Source: Oculatellaceae cyanobacterium bins.114 (GTDB taxonomy: Bacteria > Cyanobacteriota > Cyanobacteriia > Elainellales > Elainellaceae). From it: 14,754 nt of DNA. The stretch is from NCBI GenBank assembly GCA_033764315.1, contig JANRJA010000001.1:1-14754 (forward strand). Direction: 5' to 3'. Within the stretch, counting starts at the first letter, position 1. Each line of letters begins with the position of its first letter. Of the stretch, positions 7,347 to 14,618 are shown one piece after another. The translations under genes were made by a program, and so were the position numbers. Below the pieces are notes generated by a model that was not told the origin of the DNA, made no database searches, and was given only the letters and a program-made list of their open reading frames with translations.

Positions 7347-7454
7347 TTAAACAAAAGGGTGTTTTACTAACTGATGATGCACCGGATTGTAGTGAATATA
7401 ATCCACATGCTGGCTCAAATCATGCTGATCGCGAATTTGGTGCTCCCAAAAGCG
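7347..7454 (-). pseudogene. REP-associated tyrosine transposase (RAYT, HUH/Y1) C-terminal remnant
   Basis: Manual minus-strand translation RFWEHQIRDQHDLSQHVDYIHYNPVHHQLVKHPFV*, matching the RAYT motif RFWEHxIRDxxD...YIHxNPV. The N-terminal part is absent. Confidence 0.85.
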
Positions 7455-7647
7455 GTCTAACGTCTGTTCCTTGGGTCGCTCCGACACGATTGCCCTGTCC
7501 ATCATAAGTTGATAACCGGGAGTGTAATTGAGAGTGCGATCGCCCCAAAATTTAAGTCAGTTGACTACCCAATCCATCAGAAATAAGGAGCCTTGGGCAG
7601 TGTTGAAAAGTTAGGATGAGGAGGGAGTGAGGCTGCAACCCCTCGAC

Positions 7648-7693
7648 AGGTCATGCAAGTTGCTTTGATGAGAATAAGCTGCCTGCATGACCT
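7648..7693. terminator. Stem-loop just downstream of the HU gene (possible terminator or RNA-stabilising hairpin)
   Basis: AGGTCATGCA (7648-7657) / TGCATGACCT (7684-7693), 17 nt from the HU stop. The T-rich tail is on the plus strand only, so the direction is uncertain. Confidence 0.45.
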
Positions 7694-7710
7694 TGTTGTT
7701 TTAGGGGAGG

Positions 7711-7986
7711 TTAACTCACAACTTTTTCTTTAAACAGCTTTCCGGCACTAAAGGCAGGAACTCGTGTTGCTGGAATCGTCATAGTCTCACCTGTCTTAGG
7801 ATTACGACCTTCACGAGCAGAGCGTTCACGGGGTTCAAAAGTGCCAAATCCAACTAAAGTTACCTTTTCTCCAGATGAAACGGCGTCTTGAATGGTTTCT
7901 AGCACTGCACTGAGAATTCGGTCAGCATCTTTTTTGGAGACATCTGCCTTCTCAGCGATCGCATCAATCAGTTCACCTTTGTTCAT
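7711..7986 (-). CDS. hup: Histone-like DNA-binding protein HU
   Basis: MNKGELIDAIAEKA...VTLVGFGTFEPRERSAREGRNPKTGE...IPATRVPAFSAGKLFKEKV; GAGGAG Shine-Dalgarno upstream. Confidence 0.97.
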   Translation of the reverse strand: MNKGELIDAIAEKADVSKKDADRILSAVLETIQDAVSSGEKVTLVGFGTFEPRERSAREGRNPKTGETMTIPATRVPAFSAGKLFKEKVVS

Positions 7987-8157
7987 ACTTGCAACTCCTC
8001 AAACTAGGGGACAATAAACATCTGAGCAATTGTACTACAACTTTTTAGAAACTTAATCAATCTAAAGATTTTAATCTCACATCTTTCACTGATGAACAAT
8101 ATAAACCGTTTGTTAATAAACCATCTTTACAACCCAACTCTTGACAATACAACCTTA

Positions 8158-8250
8158 TATAGCAGTCCTAAATCATTTGTGAAATTAGGTGTTTGTGTGT
8201 GTCGCACCCCGGTGGGGTGCGACTCTCACAACCCATTTAGGATTGCTATA
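8158..8250. repeat. Small inverted-repeat element (TATAGCA.TCCTAAAT ends) enclosing a GC-rich hairpin
   Basis: Ends TATAGCAGTCCTAAAT / ATTTAGGATTGCTATA; internal GTCGCACCCC-GGT-GGGGTGCGAC (8201-8223). The right arm is shared with 12787-12844. Confidence 0.85.
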
Positions 8251-8287
8251 ACCTTCTAGATAAACCCTATGTACGACTATTTATTCC

Positions 8288-8354
8288 AGATCCCCGGTTT
8301 CTAGGGATGTAACTAGACACCTTTCAGTCAGCTTCAACGAGAAACCGGGGATCT
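8288..8354. repeat. Small inverted-repeat element AGATCCCCGGTTTCT...AGAAACCGGGGATCT
   Basis: 15-bp perfect inverted repeat at 8288-8302 and 8340-8354. Confidence 0.8.
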
Positions 8355-8459
8355 AAACCCCTAAATTGCATATTGCGTAAATAAGGTATTGGGCACTGGT
8401 TCTGCTGTTGGCGTCTGCTCTTCTGGAGGTTCATTTTCCCTGTCATTTTGAGCCATCTC

Positions 8460-9560
8460 CTAGCTCAGGAATAAAGCCCGTTCTGCCTGTCTGCGACGAG
8501 TTAAACCTGCTAACACTTGCCCACCTGCCCGATTCCAGCGCAACAGTTGGTCGGCAGCAGCTTGATAATGCCCCTGGTTTAACAGCTTTAGCAGAGTTGA
8601 AGTTGCTAACGCCCGCTCTCCAGCATTATAGGTAAATACGACCAATGCTGAAAATTGATTACTATTCAGAGGCACTTTCACCAAGCGATCGACAGCGGCC
8701 TCAAATCGTTGTAAATCTCGTTTGAGGAACTCTTCAGCTTGAGCCTGAGTAATTTTTTGACCCGGTTTAACCCCAGATGTTGTGCCATAACCAATGGTCC
8801 AAATCCCAACAGCATCTTTATAAGCTGTGAGCGACAATCCTTCAAAGTTTTTCAACAACTGCAATCCCTTTGCGTTGATGTGCTTGACCTCAGGAGTTGG
8901 CGCAGGCTTTGGAGTGGGTGCAGGAGTCGGAGTTGGCGCAGAGCCATATAAGACTACTTTGCCATCTCGCAAGATCTGCACATCTGGACGAAAAACAAAC
9001 CAAGTTGTGAGTCCTTTGATAAAAAGTTGTTTCCCCTGATTATCAACCCCTAACGTAACTTTCAAATGATTATCTGAAACAGGTGCGTATCCTGAAATTG
9101 GAAAAACCGTATTGTTTTGAATCAGTTGTCGTTGATCGGGAGCCAAGCTAGAACCTGGAGCAGTACTTTGCTTTAACCAGGTATCAGACACCGCCTTTAA
9201 GACCCATTCAGATGCGGTAGGTACAGGGGTTGGAGTAGGTGTAGGGACAGGCACAGGAGTAGATACAGGGCTCGGAACGGCAGAGCCAGTTGGTAAGGAA
9301 ACAGGTACCCCATTCTTTAAGAGTTGTATGTCAGATTTATAAACAAACCAAGTATTACGCCCCTTGAAAAAAATTTGCTTACCTAGAGCATCCCGACCCA
9401 GGGTCACTTGAAAGTGGGTGTTTTTAACGGCTTGAATTCCCGCAATGGGTATTTCAGTTCTTGCTTTGATAAATTGTCGCTGATCTTCAGGAAGGGTCGA
9501 TCCTTGCCCTGTACTCTGTTTAAGCCAGCTATCTAAAACAAATCTAATTGCATACACCAT
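8460..9560 (-). CDS. Modular GH24 (phage-type) lysozyme with two N-terminal repeat domains and Pro/Thr linkers
   Basis: C-terminal INAKGLQLLKNFEGLSLTAYKDAVGIWTIGYG (E-x8-D-x5-T triad), NQFSALVVFTYNAG and GLTRRRQAERALF. Two ~85-aa repeats begin DSWLKQST / DTWLKQST, separated by PVPTPTPTP linkers. Confidence 0.92.
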   Translation of the reverse strand: MVYAIRFVLDSWLKQSTGQGSTLPEDQRQFIKARTEIPIAGIQAVKNTHFQVTLGRDALGKQIFFKGRNTWFVYKSDIQLLKNGVPVSLPTGSAVPSPVSTPVPVPTPTPTPVPTASEWVLKAVSDTWLKQSTAPGSSLAPDQRQLIQNNTVFPISGYAPVSDNHLKVTLGVDNQGKQLFIKGLTTWFVFRPDVQILRDGKVVLYGSAPTPTPAPTPKPAPTPEVKHINAKGLQLLKNFEGLSLTAYKDAVGIWTIGYGTTSGVKPGQKITQAQAEEFLKRDLQRFEAAVDRLVKVPLNSNQFSALVVFTYNAGERALATSTLLKLLNQGHYQAAADQLLRWNRAGGQVLAGLTRRRQAERALFLS

Positions 9561-9685
9561 AAGCTAAACCCCATACCCTGACGCCTTTCACCATAACTTC
9601 TTTGTAGCCTGAGTCAAGTCTCCATCAGCCGTTTTTCTTATCTTAATGGTGTTTTATAAAACAAACGTGAAGCTATTATCAGATG

Positions 9686-9749
9686 GAGCTTGGGTTTTAT
9701 GCTTCAACCCAAGCTCTGTATGGGTTACACGATCGCCAACCCATCCTAC
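9686..9749 (-). repeat. Pair of REP-like hairpins (TGGGTT...AACCCA family)
   Basis: GAGCTTGGGTT-N9-AACCCAAGCTC (9686-9716) and ATGGGTT-N11-AACCCAT-CCTAC (9720-9749; CTAC is the reverse complement of GTAG). Confidence 0.75.
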
Positions 9750-9767
9750 AAATAATGGTGCTTTCCT

Positions 9768-9899
9768 ACTTAGGAACGCAAATTAAATAACATCGATTTT
9801 TTTGTTAAACTGACCTCTCCCCCTGCCCCTCTCCGACTCGGAGAAGGGTGCCATAGGCGGGGAGAGGTTCCTGAAGTTATTTAATCTACGATCCTGAGT
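9768..9899. repeat. Small inverted-repeat element enclosing a CCTCTCCCC...GGGGAGAGG hairpin
   Basis: CTTAGGAACGCAAATTAAATAAC (9769-9791) pairs with GTTATTTAATCTACGATCCTGAG (9876-9898) at 19/23; an internal purine/pyrimidine-rich stem lies at ~9813-9868. Confidence 0.75.
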
Positions 9900-9919
9900 C
9901 ATTGAGATGGGAAACGTCA

Positions 9920-10387
9920 TCAGCCATTTAGATCAGGCGTAAATTGAAAGATTGCCAAACCGATCAAACTAATTAAACAACTGAATTGAATGGCTAGGCT
10001 CATGACTCGTAATCTTGGATCAGCACCCACAATATGGATAATGGAGTGCAACAGTCGGAACGTGATATAAATACTGACCAATACATCGACTGTAACTCCA
10101 GATATCCCCCGTACTGTGAGGAGAAAAACAACTCCTAAATATAGCGGCAGATTTTCAGCCAAGTTAGCCTGGACTCGAAATAACCGCCAAAGCAAGCTGT
10201 CATCGTTGATCACCCCGAAGTCTTTAGGACTGCCTCCTGCTGCCAAATAACGGATTCTTACGGTAATTAAGAGAACCACAACGGCGATCGCCCATAGCGT
10301 GAAAATGACTAGCCCCCAAAGTGGAACCGTCATAGGTAAAATGGATAATTTTTCAGCGATAAGACTTGTACTTTGCATACTTTGCAT
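9920..10387 (-). CDS. MAPEG-family membrane protein
   Basis: About four hydrophobic segments with RLFRVQANLAENLPLY (RxxRxxxNxxENxP) and FRLLHSIIH motifs. The start is probably ATG at 10387 or 10378 rather than 10435. Confidence 0.85.
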   Translation of the reverse strand: MQSMQSTSLIAEKLSILPMTVPLWGLVIFTLWAIAVVVLLITVRIRYLAAGGSPKDFGVINDDSLLWRLFRVQANLAENLPLYLGVVFLLTVRGISGVTVDVLVSIYITFRLLHSIIHIVGADPRLRVMSLAIQFSCLISLIGLAIFQFTPDLNG

Positions 10388-10438
10388 CTTTTTCCAATAG
10401 AGGTTGCTCTTACTGTAAAAAGTCAGTGCATTCAAACT

Positions 10439-10486
10439 CTAGAAAAAAGTTGCGGAGGTTTAGAATATTCTTGCGGTTTTTTAGAG
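10439..10486 (-). promoter_or_regulatory. Putative AraC-family operator: direct repeats with 21-bp period upstream of the MAPEG gene
   Basis: Plus-strand TAGAA-N5-TTGCGG at 10440-10455 and 10461-10476, with TAGA again at 10482. A 21-bp spacing is typical of AraC/XylS tandem half-sites. Confidence 0.6.
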
Positions 10487-10500
10487 CTTGCTCAAGCCAA

Positions 10501-11433
10501 TCACAGAGTGTTGTTAGAATCCGATCGAAATTGCAGGAGTTGTTTGGGTGTAACCCCGATTAGGCGTTTAAAGGATCGAGTCAAATGACTTTGATCACAA
10601 AAACCTGTTTGAGTTGCAATTTCGACGATGCTCAGATTGCTATATTGCAGAAGGTACTTTGCTTGATTCAACCGACATTGCACAATGTATTGATGAGGTG
10701 TTACTCCCATACTTTGTTTAAACAGTCGCAAGAAATGATAGGGACTGAGTTGAGCGATCGCTGCAATCTTATCTAATTTCAAATCTTGATGGAGATGAAC
10801 ATGAATGTACTCTTTTACAAGAGTTAATGTCGCTTGAGATAAACCATTTGGGTAATTGGAGAGTTTGGGTCGAGTAGCACAGTAATGTCGTAGTAAATGA
10901 ATAGCTAACGCAGTTTTAAGACTATCAATGAGCAGATAACCGCCCATTCCACCCATTTCAGCTTCTTCTTTGAGAGCACAAAAAAGACCCTGGATGAATG
11001 CATCTGGCTCACTCATAAATTGAGGTAACAGCTCAATCTGGTCAGGGTTTACCCAGTCCTGTCCTACTTGTCGAAGTAGACTTGGTTCGAGTGCCAGCAC
11101 CATAAATTGAGCCGGATCATCCCAACTACAAGAATGCATAATTCCTGATGGAATAATGGCAATATCTTTAGAACCCCGTCTTTCTCGCGATCGCTTACCA
11201 TCGAGCGATCGCATCCCAGGTGCATTCCTGCTGGATAAGCCAACAAGTCCACATGCCAGTACGTGCATCGTGTGGTGATGTTCACCAGTCGCAAAAGTCG
11301 GTTGTTGATGCAGTTCAAGATGTACTCCATTCCAACCTACGCTCTTTAAGACAGCAGGTCTGGGGACAATTTGATCCGATGCATTCTCCTGGCAATAGTC
11401 CAATAGTTTGACAGCCCGGTTTAGTTTTTTCAT
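10501..11433 (-). CDS. AraC/XylS-family transcriptional regulator
   Basis: C-terminal double HTH: LSPYHFLRLFKQSMGVTPHQYIVQCRLNQAKYLL...IVEIATQTGFCDQSHLTRSFKRLIGVTP; cupin-like N-terminal domain. Confidence 0.96.
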   Translation of the reverse strand: MKKLNRAVKLLDYCQENASDQIVPRPAVLKSVGWNGVHLELHQQPTFATGEHHHTMHVLACGLVGLSSRNAPGMRSLDGKRSRERRGSKDIAIIPSGIMHSCSWDDPAQFMVLALEPSLLRQVGQDWVNPDQIELLPQFMSEPDAFIQGLFCALKEEAEMGGMGGYLLIDSLKTALAIHLLRHYCATRPKLSNYPNGLSQATLTLVKEYIHVHLHQDLKLDKIAAIAQLSPYHFLRLFKQSMGVTPHQYIVQCRLNQAKYLLQYSNLSIVEIATQTGFCDQSHLTRSFKRLIGVTPKQLLQFRSDSNNTL

Positions 11434-11486
11434 AACCTGTCATCGCTAACGGATACCTTTATTGTGCCTAACGTTTACCTTTCTCA

Positions 11487-11520
11487 TTTAATCAGTGACC
11501 ATCTTTAATCAGTGACCATC
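11487..11520. repeat. Perfect 17-bp tandem duplication TTTAATCAGTGACCATC x2
   Basis: Copies at 11487-11503 and 11504-11520, with a degenerate third copy at 11528-11538; lies upstream of the araC start. Confidence 0.9.
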
Positions 11521-11553
11521 ACCCATCTTTATTCAGTGGGAATTTAGTGAGAG

Positions 11554-11675
11554 CTAAGTAGATAGGCACACCTACTTGTAGACTGGGTTACGCGATCGCG
11601 TAACCCATGTAGACGTTGGGTTTCATACTTCAATCCAATCTACATCATCTTATATTTAATTTCACCCACCCACTC
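11554..11675. repeat. Composite REP-like element containing a 24-bp perfect palindrome centred on HIP1
   Basis: CTAAGTAG start; GTAG at 11578; TGGGTTACGCGATCGCGTAACCCA (11584-11607); second hairpin GTTGGGTTTCATACTTCAATCCAATCTAC (11615-11643); degenerate right end ...TTTCACCCACCCACT. Confidence 0.75.
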
Positions 11676-11786
11676 ACCATATGGCATGAGGTTGAGCATC
11701 CATCACAAGGTATAAAATCTCAGAAACGGTGAGCTTCAGGAAACCACCAGGTTTACTTTCTGATTCTAGAAGAATCCTTGTAAACA

Positions 11787-11814
11787 CTAGGTTTCATGCT
11801 TCAACCCAACCTAT
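11787..11814 (-). repeat. Degenerate REP-like hairpin
   Basis: Minus strand ATAGGTTGGGTTGAAGCATGAAACCTAG resembles 7276-7304; shares ATGCTTCAACCCAA with 9699-9712. Confidence 0.7.
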
Positions 11815-11846
11815 TCACACCCTAACTTACTGAAAAGGAAGTGACC

Positions 11847-12395
11847 ATGAAAAAAGTAGCCGTATTTGGCAACGCTGGAGGTGGTAAATCGACTCTCAGC
11901 AGGCGATTATCGGAGATTACTGGCTTACCCCTTTATGTTTTGGATAAGCTTAAATATCAATCGGGGGGCATTGAAACCCCACAAGAAGACTTTAAGCGCA
12001 TCCATCAGGAAATTCTAGCGACTGATCACTGGATTATTGATGGGTTTGGTTGCATAGAGACTCTCTGGATGCGACTTGATATGGCAGATAGTCTGATTTT
12101 CGTTGATCTACCGATTCACATCCATTTCTGGTGGGTAACGAAACGAATGATCACGGGTCACTTTAATCCGCCCGCAGGTTGGCCTGAAAAAAGTCCAATC
12201 ATTAAAAGTTCGATGAATAGTTATCGAGCACTTTGGTTGTGTCACAACTATTTGACTCCAAAATATCGGGAGTATATTAAGCAAGCTCAAAGTACTAGAG
12301 GTGTTTATCACATTCAATCTACTGAGCAAATCTCACAATTTTTTCGGTTGATTGAAGATGAGATCAACTTTAAAAATAGTGCATCCGCTGAGTGA
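11847..12395 (+). CDS. Adenylate-kinase-like / topology-modulation (FlaR-like) P-loop NTPase
   Basis: KKVAVFGNAGGGKSTLSRRL (Walker A), WIIDG and ADSLIFVDLP motifs; AAGGA upstream of ATG 11847. Confidence 0.88.
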   Translation: MKKVAVFGNAGGGKSTLSRRLSEITGLPLYVLDKLKYQSGGIETPQEDFKRIHQEILATDHWIIDGFGCIETLWMRLDMADSLIFVDLPIHIHFWWVTKRMITGHFNPPAGWPEKSPIIKSSMNSYRALWLCHNYLTPKYREYIKQAQSTRGVYHIQSTEQISQFFRLIEDEINFKNSASAE

Positions 12396-12419
12396 CGAAG
12401 TTGTTAGAAATTAGTAATC

Positions 12420-12455
12420 GACGTTTGGCGAAGCTCAGACGTTCGGCGAAGCTCA
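12420..12455. repeat. 18-bp tandem repeat GACGTT(T/C)GGCGAAGCTCA x2
   Basis: Copies at 12420-12437 and 12438-12455 (1 mismatch); a degenerate related copy at 12481-12499. Confidence 0.8.
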
Positions 12456-12566
12456 GTCGAGCCACGGGTTTTGCTCTTATGGCGTTTGGCTGAGGCTCAC
12501 ACAAAGTCTGTGATTTCAATCGCTAAGTATAAAAGATTGGTCACACGGTCAGCTGTTGAAGAGTAA

Positions 12567-12666
12567 TACCGATTTAAACGGATTTTTGGGCAGATCAAAG
12601 TTCAAGAGGGGCTTGGCACTGCCAAGCTCGTACCAGGATCTGTCGTGTTCTCAATTCAAATTGGTA
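12567..12666. repeat. Nested inverted-repeat element enclosing a GCTTGGCA-C-TGCCAAGC hairpin
   Basis: Outer TACCGATTTAAA / TTCAAATTGGTA (10/12), inner CAGATC / GATCTG (12591-12596, 12637-12642), central hairpin 12611-12627. Confidence 0.65.
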
Positions 12667-12786
12667 CAAGATGGCGATCGCTATTGACACAACTCGTGGG
12701 GCAAAGCGTTAGGTAACCGGGAGTTGGTTTACTCAATTCTGAGTGCCTCAACCGTTGAATATAGCTGATCAACTTGTGAAGCTAAT

Positions 12787-12844
12787 ATAGCAATCCTAAA
12801 TGGGTTGTGAGAGGCCCATCTCACAACCCATTTAGGATTGCTAT
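12787..12844. repeat. 26-bp perfect inverted repeat with 6-nt loop (same family as 8158-8250)
   Basis: ATAGCAATCCTAAATGGGTTGTGAGA-GGCCCA-TCTCACAACCCATTTAGGATTGCTAT. Confidence 0.92.
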
Positions 12845-12908
12845 GTCACAAATATTTAAGTCTAGCCCCAATAGTGTCTAACTAACTGCAAGATGTCACC
12901 TAAGAGAG

Positions 12909-14225
12909 ATGTCACAGCAGGAACTTAGTAGTATGTCTATTCGTTTTTTTGCAACGAATCGGGATCAGGATCAGCTGGGTCGCGACTTGAAACGGGATAC
13001 CCGATTAAAGCTTCAGACGGGTGGCTATTACTGGATTGATACACGCGGTTACATGGCTCACTATCTGTCAACAACCGACCCCTCAAAGATGCCCGCCTCG
13101 ACCATTTTCACCAATTCTGAAGCCGAAGTTTTTAAGGTTTTTCTCAATAAACCAGCCGTGAAGCGAGTAATTATTGGAATTCATGGGTTCAATGTTCCCT
13201 TGCAAGGAGCCATTACATCTTTTTCATTGCTAGCAGACATGCTGAAGCAAACTAAGAAATTGGGACCAACCATTGTTACTGATCCAGTTTTAAATATAAA
13301 ACGAAACGCACAAACTCGCCAAATCGAAGAAGTGATCACTGATTGGCGTCATTTAAGTAACTCGGACTCGTCGGAACCCTTGGAACAGATTTTGAAGAAT
13401 TCGGTGATTTGGCGTAAAGTCAAGGATTTAGAACACGTCAATAGTCTGGATGAGCTGAAACAAAAGCAATTTAATCGCTTGGATGACCCTGACGGTGACG
13501 TAACTGCTTTTGTTGGGTTTTCCTGGCCCTCCAATGGCAAAGTGCTCGACTATCAGTTCGATCGCACTGAAGCCGTCTCTAGTGCTCCCATTTTAGGGAA
13601 TTTGATCAGTCGCATTCGCACTCAAAATCCGAGGCTTAAAGTACATGTAATTTCTCACAGTATGGGCAACTACTTGACCTGTCATATGTTGGCTGGGTTA
13701 GTGAATAAAGTGACTGTTCCTCTCGTGGAGGAAGGTAAATCAGACGAAAAAATTAACGCTCAGATTTCCCGTCGAGATCAGGGAGGCGATGATAATTTCT
13801 TTATCGATCGCTACATAATGTTGGCTCCCGATGTAGAACGGCGGGCTGTGACTCAGTGTGATGTAGATGCTATACCAGGAACTCCAGCAGAGTACTTGGG
13901 GCCATTTTATGCGGGGCTATATCACCTGGTAGAGGAAATACATCTGTTTTACTCCGGGTTTGATACTGCATTGCAGGCATCAGTGACTGAAAAAGAAGCG
14001 CGGGAAACATTGGAAAAGGTGAAAACATTCCTTAGTGGGCCAAATCTGGAAAACCGCTGGGAAAGCAGTCTGGGACTAAACCCTCTCCCGCCTCTCGCTC
14101 CTCCCAATATGTATGACCACAATGGCGTAACGCTGACCGATCGCAAACTAGACCACGGTGATTATTTTGATGCTCTGGCTATTGGTGAAAGAATTTCAGA
14201 AATTATTATGTCTTCTAAAGTGTGA
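12909..14225 (+). CDS. Alpha/beta hydrolase, DUF900-like
   Basis: FFATNR, IGIHGFN, GFSWPS, VHVISHSMGN (nucleophile elbow), LAPDV, YSGFDTAL and DHGDYF motifs in the canonical order. Confidence 0.88.
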   Translation: MSQQELSSMSIRFFATNRDQDQLGRDLKRDTRLKLQTGGYYWIDTRGYMAHYLSTTDPSKMPASTIFTNSEAEVFKVFLNKPAVKRVIIGIHGFNVPLQGAITSFSLLADMLKQTKKLGPTIVTDPVLNIKRNAQTRQIEEVITDWRHLSNSDSSEPLEQILKNSVIWRKVKDLEHVNSLDELKQKQFNRLDDPDGDVTAFVGFSWPSNGKVLDYQFDRTEAVSSAPILGNLISRIRTQNPRLKVHVISHSMGNYLTCHMLAGLVNKVTVPLVEEGKSDEKINAQISRRDQGGDDNFFIDRYIMLAPDVERRAVTQCDVDAIPGTPAEYLGPFYAGLYHLVEEIHLFYSGFDTALQASVTEKEARETLEKVKTFLSGPNLENRWESSLGLNPLPPLAPPNMYDHNGVTLTDRKLDHGDYFDALAIGERISEIIMSSKV

Positions 14226-14389
14226 ACAGACAAGGGGCTTATGGAAGTTAAAAAAATAGCTCGGCAATTAATAGAAGGCTTTCAACTGTTTGAGAATATT
14301 GCACTCCCAACAGAGTGTGGTGGTGCCTTCCAAAACACAGGGTGCATGATAGCTAAAGAATCTATGTAAGCCGTGGAAAAGTAGAAGAA

Positions 14390-14503
14390 ACGACTCAAAC
14401 CACAAGCGAGTTCGATACGATCGCCACCTAGCGTTGGGCGATTGAGTCACTTCTGAGGCAAACTAAGCCAGACCAAGTCGTGATAGAGACCAGTTCCATG
14501 ACT
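14390..14503 (+). pseudogene. Possible IS110-family transposase N-terminal remnant
   Basis: Manual translation TTQTTSEFDTIAT*RWAIESLLRQTKPDQVVIETSSMT resembles the N-terminal RuvC-like (DEDD) region around the xVxxE motif of IS110 transposases. It is short and has an internal stop. Confidence 0.35.
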
Positions 14504-14618
14504 AACTTTAGCTGCCCTAGACAGAGATATGGCACCTTATCTTGGGTGCTAGCTGATAACGGTGTACCGCAGTCTTGGTCGATGATTCGACGACTAATAG
14601 GTATGAGAACAGCACTAA

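Larger units (their letters stand above)
2812..12681. other. HIP1 octamers (GCGATCGC), 15 dispersed copies
   Basis: Start positions 2812, 3236, 4568, 4793, 5449, 7181, 7263, 7536, 7955, 10284, 10754, 11187, 11205, 11592 and 12674. About one per kb is characteristic of cyanobacterial genomes. Confidence 0.9.

Noticed and set aside
8403..8413. TGCTGTTGGCG matching part of the MITE terminal repeat
   Set aside because: Only 11 bp with no partner end or target duplication; probably chance.
8408..9039. Plus-strand ORFs including a GVGAG-repeat peptide
   Set aside because: Antisense reading of the lysozyme gene and its Pro/Thr linker.
7711..9560. Lysozyme plus HU as a prophage remnant
   Set aside because: No holin, structural, terminase or integrase genes, and the HU looks like an ordinary chromosomal cyanobacterial HU.
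12420..12499. Short repeats considered as a mini CRISPR array
   Set aside because: Units are 18 bp and directly adjacent with no unique spacers; no cas genes are present.
14241..14450. 42-codon plus-strand ORF (MEVKKIARQL...) and the 60-aa minus-strand ORF
   Set aside because: Short and mutually overlapping with no recognisable motif; cannot be supported from sequence alone.
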